In this document: piece by piece, positions 44,530 to 58,378 of the stretch
Position numbering within the stretch: the first letter of the stretch is position 1
Layout: every line of letters begins with the position of its first letter
Assembly (NCBI GenBank): GCA_964016885.1
Contig: OZ024742.1
Span: 23,374,001 to 23,438,000 of the forward strand
Direction of reading: 5' to 3'
DNA from: Eledone cirrhosa
Lineage: Eukaryota
DNA: 64,000 nt
The notes under the pieces: model-generated
The model's database searches: none
What the model saw: only the letters and a program-made list of their open reading frames with translations
What the model was told of the DNA's origin: nothing
Made by a program: the position numbers and the translations under genes

Positions 44530-45758
44530 ACGCATTTTCTCTCTCAACATTTTGTATGTGAAAAGATACTTTCCGTTTCCGAAAACTTTGGATGAGGAAC
44601 CGCCTTCAGCAACGAATTAAGTTGCTGTACTTAGGTTCAAATATATTTTGTATGAAAGCATTGTAAAATCTCCGGTATTTCACGTACATTGTGTTCTTGT
44701 ATAATATCTACAACCTGTACATTTCGTACCGTATTCCAACATCATAAGAATAATTGGCATAACCACGTTGTTGTTGTTGCTGTTGGTGGTACAATTATTG
44801 TTGTTGTAACTGTTGTTGGTTTTAAATAAGGAAATCCTTTCAAACATCTAAGTCGATAGTCAGCTTTAACTGGAGAGCAGGTGTTGTTAAAACTGTCATT
44901 AGAATCAGCCTCCTATCTCTTTCTCGTAATTTATCAATATAATGTCGTTAACTGAAAGACACCTGGGTTCCAGAATTTTAAAATAACGAAAGTATTCCGT
45001 GTCAGGAGGGGATGTCAACGAGAAGTCTGCATTTTGGCGCTAACCAATCTAATAGTGATCAATAGTTACATTTATCTGTGTTGAAATATATCATCATCAC
45101 TGAGGCAATCGAGTGAAAATCATTTATGATAGCTGTTGCTGTCGCCGTCGTCGCTGTCGTCGTTGTCGTCGTTGTTGTCGTTGTCGTCGTCATCGTTGTA
45201 TCGTACTCGTCGTTGTCGTCGTCATCGTAACCATCATTAAAGTAGGGAAATACATATTTCGCCTTCACAATCAGTATTATGATCATCATCATCCTCCTCA
45301 TCATCATCGTCATTATCATCATCATCATCATCACCAACACTAACATCATCACTCTCATCACCACCATTTTCTCCTTCGCCTCCGTCTTCCTCACCAAGGA
45401 TTGTGTTAGTAGAGTTATCGGCATTTCGCCAGTTAAAGCACTCAATGCTGTTACGAGGTTCCGTCCCATGTGAAATTTATATTCCTATGTACTCCAGTAT
45501 TAAAGCAACTCTAAGGTGCAGAGTGGAAATACAAGTAAGCAGGAAGGAAGTCAAGGTTACACCATTATATATTGTCATTGTTTTACCTCCAATGTTAAAA
45601 TATTTACTTTGTATAACTACCCTGAAGGACGTCTCCTTCTTTTATATATTTCTTCAGCTCATTCTCACTCGATTAATTCTTCTCAATATCCTCGGTCCTT
45701 TAAGTAATTGTATGAGTAAGGAATTGAACATTGAATATTTAGCCCCCATTGGCTAATA

Positions 45759-45828
<70 letters not shown>

Positions 45829-46720
45829 TAATAATACTGATGATGATGATAATGATGATGATGATTTCTTATGTTTGCAACCACCAGATGGAGAGCACGA
45901 CACAAACAAGTTAGAACAATAAGGTGGGGAGTTTACTCCTGCTGCCGGTTGCTAAAGAAGAAGAAGAAGAAGAGGAAGAAGAAGAAGAATACCATCATCA
46001 TCATCAACAATTGATATGTATGATAATAATATTCACTTCGACTTCAGAAAACCAAAATTCCATTCTACCATTATATTTTTCTGTTTGTTTTAGCCTCCAA
46101 GAAGTTACATAATTACATTTTATGCTAATGCTTGCCTATAACAAACCGGCACCACATATTCCTGTCCTTCAATACTTTCTTTTAACTACTCTTAGTTGTT
46201 CTCAGTTATTACAGACACATATTTTTCCATATTTGCCAATTGGAATACTTTTTCTTTTATATTCATCTTCAGTGACTTCATTTCAATTCTTGCGTTCACT
46301 GCGCAATCATACACATCTCTGTAGGTTTTGAATACAAACAGTGTTCTGTTGAAGCATTGTGTTTTCTATGTTCTAGTGTATTCAATATATTACATAATCT
46401 ATGTAATATATGCACAGAGTCTAATTTGTATATATTTCTAAGTCCTGGGGGTACACCACGTAATATGTACATTTTTTAGTCATCCAAATTTTTGTTATAT
46501 ATTGTGAATATCAAGTGTGGTCTGTTTCGTAACAGGTTGAGATTTATTTTGGGTGGGTTGTTGGCCATGCGCAGAGAAGTCGGATGATGGCTTGATGTGA
46601 TTAAGGAAGTTCTCCAGAGGTTCCACGCCACCCTGGAGAATGCAGAGGGGCTAGCACTGGATGTTTATTATTTGAAGTGTACTTTACAATGCCTCATACT
46701 ACCCAAATATTATTAGGAAT

Positions 46721-46913
46721 GGGCGGTGGATTGGCAGTATCGGTACAGGGTCGGACAACATGCTTTGCAGCAAAGAGTTACAGCCCTTTAGGGTTTCAGT
46801 TCAAATCCAGCAAAGGTTAGCTTTGCCCTTCATCCTTACGGGGGCAATAAAATAAAGTACCAGTAATACACTGGGATAATTGCTGGTCTTGTACCAAAAG
46901 TAGAAACAATTAT
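46721..46913 (+). mobile_element. full-length SINE A
   Basis: A-box-like tggcagtatcgg, B-box-like gttcaaatcc, a central domain resembling the Nin domain, and the tail agtagaaacaattatt. Confidence 0.88.
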
Positions 46914-48039
46914 TAGGAAAGTTTCTGCTAGTTTCACTGCCCATATTTTGTTTTCGTTTCTTTTTTTTCAAAGCCTACATCTTTATACCTTGATAATTTT
47001 TCCATTGCATTAAAATGTATTTTATTGCGTGACATTATGTATAGATTAATTCGATGACATTTTGGATTCTGACAGTCATGAATTTGGGAGAATTCCCTTA
47101 GTATTCTTATTCTATTCCCTCTTTAACCAAACTGCTCCCGACAAATTTCTCTTTGTTTATTATTGCATGCTGTGAGGCATTGCGTTCTACTTTATGATAA
47201 CATAATTGTTGCTAATATCGTTTCAGGTTGGATACGGTTTGTGGCTTGTTTACAAAATTGTCGCTGCTTTCCATAACGACGGATTTGGCCATTTAATCAT
47301 CACGTCTTCTTTTACCTGTCTTTTGATGTTGGGTGCTTTAATTTGTTTTGTTATTTCTATAATATTTGTCTTTTTTGTGTCTCTTTATTGTCAAGCACTT
47401 TAATGAGTGAAGGATCAGTTATTTCATTTTCTATACTTCTAAAAACAGATGGTCTCTACTTTTATTTTCCCTTTTTGTTCTTTAGTCTTAGATGTTCCAG
47501 CCTGAAATAGTTTAAGGAGGCAATCCTTTCCATTGAGAGCACAATAACTGCTGATTAGATTAATCCATTTATCCTCGTGTTATTCCTGTTTCCATCTGTT
47601 TGTAGCGTGCCTATGATGACCCAATTTGTTATCTTTACAACTGCCTCATTAAGACTGTTACCTCGTTTATTCAGAAGAAGCTCTATCAGTTGTAAGTCAG
47701 CAACTACACCCACATTCAAAATGTTGTCATATTTAAAATGTCCACATTTTCAACATTCGGTTTCTAAATTAATTTTATATCCATCTCTCTTCATATAATT
47801 GTTGTTAATTTAGTTTCTGTTGATCAATATGTTAGCTTTTGTTGATTAATGTTCGGGAAATATACTTGGGTTCGATTTTTTTTTTGGGGGGGGGGGGGGT
47901 CGTTTCATTGCCTTTGTTTTAATTCCAATAAATATATCTAATTAATTGATATTCTCAATACTTATTGTTCAGATTGTTATTTACTCGCTGATTCTATTTT
48001 TGAATTTCTAATATGTATTTTTGATGTTGTTGCATTTGC

Positions 48040-49357
48040 ATTAACTTTGCCTTTCATCCTTACGCGGTCGATAAAATAAAGTACCAGTAATGCACTGGGT
48101 AATTGCTGGCCTTGTGCCTAAAGTAGAAACAATTATTTAAAATATGTTCTTACTTTGAGCAAGATTGCTATGGATTATAAAAATATATCTTCTGAAATGG
48201 GCTAGCCCGTGGGGATTCAGATTTAATTGACGGTCAGGATTATTTTCTCTCCAGAAAATGTTGGTGTATATGGTAGTAGCTCGTTTTTAATAGGAAGGAT
48301 ATGGTTGTAAAATATAAACAAGCGTGAAAACGAATTTGCATTATTTCCCTTAACACATTCGTCCAATTTATTTGCAAATCTGAAGGATAAAACCAACTTC
48401 ATATTTAAATTGTCAACATTTAAATATATTTATTTCCAGCACTCCTTTTACCCGTAGGTTAATGCATAAAATTCAGCATAAATATTTCTTTTTGAAATTT
48501 ATTAATTCACGAGAGACGGAAACAGCAGCATTGGCTTGCATAATAAGGTGTATGATTCCGAAGAAGAAAACCCACGCAATATGTGAATGAAAATGAACAT
48601 AGCATTGATAAATTGCTACCCAAAGATCACGGAGGAGGGACATGTACTTGTAACCACAAAATAAATTATACGAAAAAATATGGGTTCTTTTATTGAAGAA
48701 TTCACTGTAAAAATGTAAACATGTGATTTCGGTAATTTCCGTGATGTATATAATGGTTTCTTATTTTAGCAAAAGGATTGTGTGGAAGTGGAATTTTCTC
48801 TTAAATCGACCCCAGTGCATTACTAGTGCTTTATTTTATCGAGCCTGCAAGGAGAAAAGGCAACGCTAAACTAGATTTGAACTCAGAACGTAAAAAGAGG
48901 TTACTATATGCTGCAAAGCAGGTTGTCCGACGCTCTACCGGTATTGCCAATCCACTACTCCTCAAAATTGTTGGCCTTGTGCCTAAATCAAAAACCATTA
49001 TTATTATCGAGGTTGACTTTGCCTTTCATCCTTACGGGGTCGATAAAATAAAGTACCAGTAATGTACTGGGTAATTAGCTGGCCTTGTGTCCAAAGTAGA
49101 AACAATTATTATTATAATTATTATTACTATTATTATAGGGTGGTGGATTGGCAGAATCAGTAGAGCGTCGGATACTATAATTTGCAGCAGTGTTACGGCT
49201 CTTAACGTTTTGAGTTCAAATCCCGCCGAGGGTAGCATTGCCTTTCATCCTGATGGAGTCGATAAAATAAAGTACCAGTCATGAACTGGGTCAATTTAAT
49301 CGATTTTTCCCCACCCCAAAATTGCTAAACTTGTGCCTAAAATAGAAATTATTATTT
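48040..49357. mobile_element. cluster of SINE A copies in both orientations
   Basis: Cores at ~48045 (+), ~48830 (-), ~49015 (+) and ~49235 (+). Confidence 0.85.
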
Positions 49358-49945
49358 TGAACACGTCTTAATACAGCTGTATAAGTTATTTGTTGTTTTA
49401 TTTGTTTAGCACACGTATGGTGTTATAATTATGTTATAACACTCGCGAATGTATTAATTCACTCCGCACCTAGAAAGCGACAGCTATCATTTTCAATTCT
49501 TTGAACTAAATTATTCTGAATACAAAGATATATATATATAGAGCGAGAGAGAGACACCCCCTCACTAAGACAAACAACATAAAATCTACAAGAGAACGTA
49601 GGAGCATATGTTGTTCTCCTGCTGGAAGGAAAAGCCATCAAGTAGTGATAGGAGCATCGATAGCAGCAACAAAACCAGCCATTCCTTGACCCTAGCACAC
49701 ACTTATGACAATACAACTAAGGACAACAAATTGTATTATAATCATAAAAATAAAACAGCATCATCACCACCGCCACCACTATAATATCCAGCACTAAGTG
49801 TTTAACACCACCAATGTGTCAAGTACAGACCAGGGAAGGGTGACTGCTAGTGCCTTCACCAATGTCTGTGAAACGGACACTGGCAATAAGAATAGGACCA
49901 TTACTGGTACCGATAATATGACGAAAATAAACAACAAATGTGTGT

Positions 49946-50216
49946 TTAAACCTTTAACATTTAAACCGGCCATATCCGGCCAGAATCCCCTCACCTCTTT
50001 CTGTTCAAACCGGCTGTAACCAGCCACTCATACTGAATACTGATGTTAAGGTATTGTTCTTAAAATAAATAATATCAAAATCTCATAGGTTCAATATTAT
50101 GTGAGATAATAATTATTTCTACTTTTGGCACAAGGCCAGCAATTCACCAGTGCATTACTGGTACTTTATTTTATCGACCCCGTAAGGATGAAAGGCAGAT
50201 TAACCTCGGCGGGATT
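49946..50216. mobile_element. TTAA-type MITE end (49946-50110) followed by a partial SINE A (-)
   Basis: Terminus ttaaacctttaacatttaaaccggccatatccggcc, then the SINE core at 50110-50216. Confidence 0.5.
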
Positions 50217-50734
50217 CACCACAGTGGCGAGAATACCAAACAAAGATTTACAACGGCCTTGCATTGTAGCTTGTAACAAGAGTTGGAAGAACCACGTTCT
50301 TGGCTGTGTCAGGGCAAGTTCTCCAGGACGGAAAAAAAAAACACCATGACATACAGATTCCTAAAGACCAAGTCCAAGTGGATGAAGTGTGAAAATGGCG
50401 AGCAAATTGAGAGATGCCACACACAAATCTGGATCGTCAACACTTATATAACTCAGGTTAAAAGATTTAGCAAAATGGATTGAAATTCCTCACATAAGTA
50501 CAGAGGAGATGATACTTCACAACCGCTTTAAAAACCAAGGAAGTCGCCCTCATTCAAAACTATTGCAGAAAACCCGCAACATCAATTAGATTAACATGCT
50601 TAACAACAAAAATTAATATCTGCTTGGTAGTGGTGACCCATATTGGCAGGGATTGACCACAACAAAGATATACCCCAAATTCAGAAACTGTGGAAAGAAA
50701 ACTGGAGATGTACGTGGGAGGAAATCCTTATCGA

Positions 50735-51318
50735 AAATAATGATTTCTATTATAGGCACAAGGTCAGTAATTGGGGTGGGGGGAAGTCGATTAAATTGAC
50801 CTCAGTACATTACTAATGCTTTATTTTATCGACCCCGTAAGGATGAAAGGCAAAGTTAACCTTGGCGGGATTTGAACTCAGAACGTAAATGTCCGTAACT
50901 CTATGCTGCTAAGCATGTTGTCCGAAACTCTACCGATTCTGCCAATCCACCAAATAATTTTTCTACTTTTTGGTACAAGGCCAGCAACAAACCCAGTGCA
51001 TTACTGGTACTTTATTTTATCGACATCGTAAGGATGAAAGGCAAAGTTAACCTCGGCAGGATTTGAAATCAGAATGGAAAGGGCCGTAACTTTATGCCTC
51101 AAAGTATGTCATCCGACCCTCTACCGATCATCAAATAATTGTTTCTACTTTTGGCTCAATGCTATCAATATCCAGTGTATTACTGGTACTTTATTTTATC
51201 GACCCCGTAAGGATGAAAGGCAAAGTTAACCTCGGCGGGATTTAAACTCATATTGGAAAGGGCCGTAACTCTATGCATCAAAGCATGGCATCCGACCCCT
51301 CTACCGATCACCAAATAA
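50735..51318 (-). mobile_element. tandem array of 3 SINE A copies
   Basis: Same core. A further partial copy lies at 51860-51978. Confidence 0.9.
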
Positions 51319-51434
51319 TGAAAAGAGCATGGGTGTCATCTCAAAACTTACTCGGTGACACATATTCATATCTCTGGGGCATAAAGTCAGGCAAGGGAAC
51401 CAAAACATGGAATGACAAACTCTGAATCTTTCTA

Positions 51435-52578
51435 TTGGCTTTGTTGTTGTTGTTGATGGTGTTGGTGGTGGTAGTGTTGGTGGGGATTTCTGCTCCTATT
51501 CATGGTGAGGGTTGTGGTCTTAATGGTGATGGTAGTAGTGTTGTTGCTGTTGTTTGTTATAGTGATAGTGGTGTTGGTGGTGCTGCTGGCGACAGTGTTG
51601 GTAGTGGTGGCGGTAGGTGTTAGTGGTTGTGGTGGTTGATGATGGTGGCGGTAGGTGTTAGTGGTTGTGGTGGTTGATGATGGTGGTGGCAGTGTTGGTG
51701 TGGGTGGTTGTAGGTAATGGTGGTGGTAGGTGTTAGTGGTTGTGGTAGCAGTGTTGGTGTGGGTGTCTGTAGGTAGTGGTGGTTGTAGGTGTTAGTGGTT
51801 GTGGTGGTTGATGATGGTGGTGGCAGTGTTGGTGGAGTTGAAAGTAGTGGAGAGGATGATAATAATTGTTTCTACATTTGGCACAAGGCCAGCAATTAAC
51901 CAGTGTATTACTGGTACTTTATTTTATCGACCCCGCAAGGATGAAAGGCAAAGTTAGCCTCGGCGGGATTTGAACTCAACGATGGAGTGTGTGGTGTTAT
52001 TAGTTGTGTTAGTAGTGGTGGTGTAAGTGATGGTGGTGTTAATAGTGGTGTTAATAGTTGTGGTATTAGTTGTGATGGTGTTATTGGTGGTATTAGTTGT
52101 AGTGGTGTTAGGTGTGGTGTTAATAGTGGTGGTATTAGTTGTGGTGTTAGTGGTTGTGGTGTTATTGGTGGTATTAATTGTGGTGTTAGTGATGGTGGTG
52201 TTTGTTGTGTCGGTGCTGGCTGAGGTGTTAGAAGTGGTGGAGGTAGTGTTTGTACAGGAGGTGGTAGTAGTAAAGGTGTGTAAGCTCAACTACAATCGCT
52301 GATAGGCTTGTGTCGTGTCCTGAAAGATATATTCTTATTTCGACACTTCACCTCCTACAGATGACAAATAAAATACTAATTATAACAACAACAACAACAA
52401 CAACAACAAGCAAAAGTAAATATTTATACATCAACAAAACACATTAATACAACTACTAATACTACTATTGCTGCTACTACTATCACTAATACTCCTGCTG
52501 TCGGTTGCTAAAGAAGAAGAAGAAGAAGAAGAAGAAGAAGAAGAAGAAGAAGAAGAAGAAGAAGAAGAAGAAGAAGAA

Positions 52579-52610
<32 letters not shown>

Positions 52611-52634
52611 AAGAAAAAAAGAAAGAAAGAAGGA

Positions 52635-52690
<56 letters not shown>

Positions 52691-52692
52691 AG
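51435..52692. repeat. GT-rich low-complexity trinucleotide repeats, then (GAA)n/(GAAA)n
   Basis: Directly visible. Confidence 0.95.
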
Positions 52693-53116
52693 TGTGAAGA
52701 AAAAGAGGTGAGTAGAATTGCAAGGGCGGCGATATTGCCACATTGAACAGTTTACTGTGTGTGAAAAGATACAACATTGCTGGATAACGATTAAGAATTC
52801 TGAGCAATATTTCTCAAGTGTTGTCATGCAGGCAGCCGTTGGCCATTAGGTGTGCAGCAGATTGCAGTAAATTATGTGACCAGTTTCACTAACATATCTC
52901 CCCAATCTTTCAAACATCACTTATAACTGTCAGGAAAATTGTCGACTATGTAGTATTATCACGTTACAAACCTTGTCTTCTTCTCTCTCATATTGCTGTT
53001 AGGGTTATATAGGAATTACTTACAATCATATCCAGTTAGATGGTTCCTTTTTCTTGTAAGATTGTCATATTCTAAACAGAGTCTTGAAAAAATATAAAAT
53101 TAAACTATGACTGCAT

Positions 53117-53421
53117 CCAGGGCCGGATTTAATGGGGGAGCAAAGGTAGAAATTGCCCCACTCCTCCCTGATATGAGAGGCCCCACCGCTGACAGCCGTA
53201 GCAATGTATTTGTGCCCTCAGCTGTGCTTTTTTTAATTTTAGGATGGGTAGAATTTTTTAATTTAATACCTGTATGTATAATATTTCAATTCCAGTTACA
53301 TATGCCAGCTAAATTTGACATTGGTGGGTTTGCTATGTATTCATTATTATTTTTTTTTTTTTGCATGTGGGGCCTCCTAAACCTGAAGTTCTCCCCCAAC
53401 CCAATGTCAAAATCCAACCAT
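53117..53421 (+). mobile_element. non-autonomous DNA transposon, hAT-like terminus (second copy at 43733-44038 on -)
   Basis: Begins cagggccggatttaa. Internal ttttaggatgg.tagaattttttaatttaatacctgtatgtata is shared with the inverted copy. Confidence 0.6.
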
Positions 53422-53494
53422 GCCTGCATCACATCAAATATTATAGTCTTTAATTTAGCAATTCTGGATTAGTCACTGTCTCCCTGTCTCTCCG

Positions 53495-54020
53495 TGGATT
53501 GGCAATATCGGTAGAGGGTCGGATGCCATGCTTTGACGCATAGAGTTACGGCCCTTGCCATTCTGAGTTCAAATCCCGCCGAGGTTAACTTTGCCTTTCA
53601 TCCTTACGGGGTCGATAAAATAAAGTACCAGTAATGCACTGAGTAATTGCTGGCCTTGTGCCAATAGTAGAAACAATTATTATACATGCCTTGTCATTCT
53701 AAGTTCAAATCCCGCCGACGTTAACTTTGCCTTTCATCCTTACGGGCTCGATAAAATAAAGTACCAGTAATGCACTGGTTAATTGCTGGCCTTGTGCCAA
53801 AAGTAGAAACAATTATTATACATGGATTGGTGAATCGGCAGTATCAGTAGAGGGTCGGACGCCAAGCTTTGCAGCAAAGAGTTACGGCATTTTATGATTT
53901 CAGTTCAAATCCCACCGAAGTTAACTTTGACTTTTATCCTTACAGGGTCGATAAAATAGAACACCAGTAATACACTGGGATATTGCTGGCCTTGTGCCAA
54001 AAGTAGAAACAATTATTATA
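53495..54020 (+). mobile_element. tandem array of 3 SINE A copies
   Basis: Same core, with each unit ending aattattatacat. Confidence 0.9.
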
Positions 54021-54959
54021 CATAAAATACAATAAAAAATAGACCCACTTCAAATTCGTAGATTAACTATTCGGGCATTTTGGCTTTGGCTACTTACATA
54101 CCCATCCCTTGACCACTACTAATATTGATCATATTTTGAAATAAGGAAGAAAGTGATTTTGGTTAACATCAGTTATCCTGGAGCTTGATATCTGAAGTGA
54201 TGTGAAACCATTTGTTTATACAGTAGGTTTAATACACGCTTTTCTGCACTTATAAAACAAAAAGTTGGTTACGTACATCCAATATCTGACCTCAGTGGAG
54301 GGATTTCACCATTATTAATTATGCAGCTTCTCCAAGATCAGCTGCGAAGTTTCTCTAACCAATACTAAATTCCTTGAATAGACAAATATTAGATATTACT
54401 AATATTGAAGCAACCATCAACAGATAACGCCTTTTGTAAACGGAACGCATGACTCGCTTTGGGGACAGCCATTTCCGAGGCAATTACTATAAGGTCAGCT
54501 AAAGAAGGAGACACAAAACAAGTAGGTTAGATGAAATATTTCAATGATTCTATCAAGTCAACAAGATAAAACTGCAGCATTCGTGTCTATAACTGCGAGA
54601 TTTTCAGTCACAAATACGCGAGAGGAAAGGATGTAGGTGTTTAATAAGAAGGGGATATTTTGAACGATCACATCAGATCCAATTTGAAGGAACACACAAG
54701 GAATATTTTTAGAACTGAAGGATAATAGAAAGAAAATGCTTGTTTGTATCTGAAACACAATTGTCGTCCTTGATATACAGGAATTGCCGTGATGATGATT
54801 ATATTTAACACTTACTAGAAAAAAGAAATATCTTTACAGGTTCTAGAGATGAAAACACGAAAAATTGTAAGAAATTGAGTAAATACAAATACTTTAGCAA
54901 AAATAATGATTTGTAATAACAAACAAAACAATCTGAGTAGAAATAGAATATAATCATCA

Positions 54960-55227
54960 CAAAAACACACCTAAAACATAACAAACGAATCGATGAAATA
55001 TATAAAAGATATACTTTTATAAACCAACGAAATCAATACAACATGACCCATCACACGTATTTCATATGAACCGTGAAATAACAGTAAGAGACAAAGAAAG
55101 TAACCTAACACAAAAGTACAAGTTATAAAGGATGTGTCCTCAATACAGATTGAATATATCACTCTAAATAACAACAGTATCAGACATCAGGCTTGGAATA
55201 GAAGAAATAAAATCTCGAAATGTTAAA

Positions 55228-55284
<57 letters not shown>

Positions 55285-55413
55285 GGGGGGGGGGGGGGGT
55301 GTATTATATAAAATTATTTATTTATGTTCATATAATGTTTTCTATTTTCCTTTTTCACACCTACGAATATTGAAACATATACATTCATACATAAATGCTC
55401 ACCCCCCCCCCCC

Positions 55414-55446
<33 letters not shown>

Positions 55447-56914
55447 AGTTAATATAAATTAATATATTTGATAAACACAAATACCAACATATCCGTGTTT
55501 GTATTGTAAATGACTAAGTTAGCTAGATTGAAAAATACTAATTATAATAATACAGTTTGCCTGTCTCGATTTAAAATAATAAATCAATAAAAACATGGCA
55601 TATTGGCAAATTTAAATTTCAAAATCAAACCTGTTCCGTAGACAGGTTTAAACCTTAAAATCCAAATAAGTTTCGAAAAATGAAAAAGTGAAAAAATACC
55701 GCATTTCTATCTCCTCAGCAAGTACCAGAAAAATTGCTATGTTTCACTTCAAAGTATTTAAAATGACTGTTTAACGCACATGGTTTTTCACACATGGTTA
55801 TCCAGTGTCTAGCTGCCGCATACTCGTGCTGCTAGAAATAACAGCCGTTTATATGGGGCTAAAGTTAGCTCTACGTAAGGAGCAGTGATACTATTAATAA
55901 TGAGTTCAAAACTCAGGGCGTCCTTTACATGAAATAGCTCAAAGAAAGAAGTATTTCTGAGCCGTGTAATACAAGTTAATATAAATTAATATATTTGATA
56001 AACACAAATACCAACATATCTGTGTTTGTATTGTAAATGACTAAGTTAGCTAGATTGAAAAATACTAATTATAATAATACAGTTTGCCTGTCTCGATTTA
56101 AAATAATAAATCAATAAAAACAAAGCATATTGGCAAATGGCCGTGGCTCAGAAATACTTCTTTCTTTGAGCTATTTCATTGTAAAGGACTGCCTGAGTTT
56201 TGAACTCATTATTAATCGTATCACTGCTCCTTACGTAGAGCTAACTTTAGCCCCATATAAACGGCTGTTATTTCTAGCAGCACGAGCATGCGGCAGCTAG
56301 ACACTGGATAACCATGTGTGTAAAACCATGTGCGTTAAACAGTCTTTTTAAATATTTTGAAGTGAAACATACCAAATTTTCTGGTGCTTGCTGAAGAGAT
56401 AGAAATGCGGTATTTTTTCACTTTTTCATTTTTCGAAACTTATTTGGATTTTAAGGTTTAAACCTGTCTACGGAACAGGTTTGATTTTGAAATTTAAATT
56501 TGTCCAAGCACCACGGCCATTTGCTAATATGCTTTGTTTTTATTGATTTATTATTTTAAATCGAGTCCGGCAAACTGTATTATTATAATTAGTATTTTTC
56601 AATCTAGCTAACTTAGTCATTTACAATACAAACACGGATATGTTGGTATTTGTGTTTATCAAATATATTAATTTATATTAACTTGTATTACAGGGCTCAG
56701 AAATACTTCTTTCTTTGAGCTATTTCATTGTAAAGGACTGCCTGAGTTTTGAACTCATTATTAGTATATATATATATATATACATTTTAACATTTCGAGA
56801 TTTTATTTCTTCCATTCTAAGTCTTATGTCTGATACTGTTGTTATTTAGAGTGATATATTCAATGTGTATTGAGGACACACCCTTTATAACTATGTACTT
56901 TTATGTAAGGTTAC
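54960..56914. mobile_element. nested fold-back complex: outer inverted repeat enclosing an inner HHR element
   Basis: Outer arms at 55100-55232 and 56781-56914. The inner element at 55443-56765 has inverted arms, each containing a permuted tandem. Confidence 0.85.
56382..56513 (+). ncRNA. type I hammerhead ribozyme with extended stem III
   Basis: UGGUGCUUG-CUGAAGA-G..C-GAAA-C..(AAACCUGU/ACAGGUUU hairpin)..G-UC-CAAGCACCA, giving a 9-bp stem I and a GUC triplet. Confidence 0.8.
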
Positions 56915-56918
56915 ATAA

Positions 56919-56965
<47 letters not shown>

Positions 56966-57172
56966 ACGTCTGTGTGTATTCGTCTGTGTGTTTGTGTGTG
57001 TGTGTGTATATATGTATATACGCATACATTTATTTATATACGTTGAACAATGAAAACAAACAAGGCGAACTTTAGTACTTAATTAGTTCATTGTTTACAT
57101 GTATGTACACACACTTACACACATACACACACACACACATGTATATATATATGTGTTTGTGTGTGTGTGTGT

Positions 57173-57214
<42 letters not shown>

Positions 57215-58296
57215 ATATGCATGTGTATGTGTGTGAGTTTGAATGTTTGTGCGTGTGTGTTTCTGTGTAATTTTAGTCATCTAGGTGTATCATATAGTGG
57301 GGTATATGATATAATGGTAAATATTTATTTTAAAACATCATAAATAAATTAGAATGAAATACTTGTATAATACCGATGAGAATTAATAATAGTTTTGGAG
57401 GGATATATAAGTTCAACAGAGCTGGTATTAATACAGGACACAAGCATCTATACCTTTGTAGCAGACGGCAGTTCTATAACGTCTATGTGTCTATCGTAGT
57501 TATTTGGAAATTCATTTAATTCTTACTAATTCAAAATAACAGACTGCAGTCTCTATAAACTGTTAAAGAATGGAATTTTCTTGTTTAATGATTTAAGATT
57601 CTTGTTGTCTGTGACAGGGCATTTGTTCAATTCTGAAACTTCTACTATTAAATATAGTACCCAAAGATAGCAACAACGAGTTTGGCGATCGAATACTGTA
57701 CATTGAGAACATACATATCGATTATCTAATTGCAGCTATTCAGTAATCAGTTTGAAATAGTAGATTACATTAAAATGGTATTGAGTGATCAGTACCTCGT
57801 GAAGTGTGGCTGGATAGCTAATTTAAACTACTGTTATTAAGGCGGATTGGATTAAAGTAATAGAGATGGGTTTCGTATTAGGAATTTTGGCGAGATTGCT
57901 GTTCAAAGGTAAATATGATAGAAGAAAATGTTGTCCCTTACTGGCGACATGGTATCATTACAACAGACTATCGATAGAGTTAAACAATTCAACATGGACA
58001 GTTTTGTTTGTTCACATAACATCTTCAGGATTAGGATTAGCTTTAAACCTGAAAGATGTCTGCATTCGTCATTGTAGGAAATTGCTCGCATATCTTATTA
58101 CAGACTTTAGATAAATATTCTACTCTTCTCCCAGTATCGGTAGAGGGTCGGACGCCATGCTTTGCAGCATAGAGTTACGGCCCTTTATGATCTGAGTCCA
58201 AATACCGCCGAGGTTAACTTTGCCTTTCATCGTTACGGGGTCGATAAAATAGAGTACCAGTAAAGCAATGGGCCTTGTACCCAAAGTAGAAACAAT

Positions 58297-58378
<82 letters not shown>

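Noticed and set aside
46100-47800. Possible old LINE remnant on the minus strand (also 290-700, 5050-6130 and 50216-50720)
   Set aside because: The composition is suggestive, but no diagnostic motif could be read.
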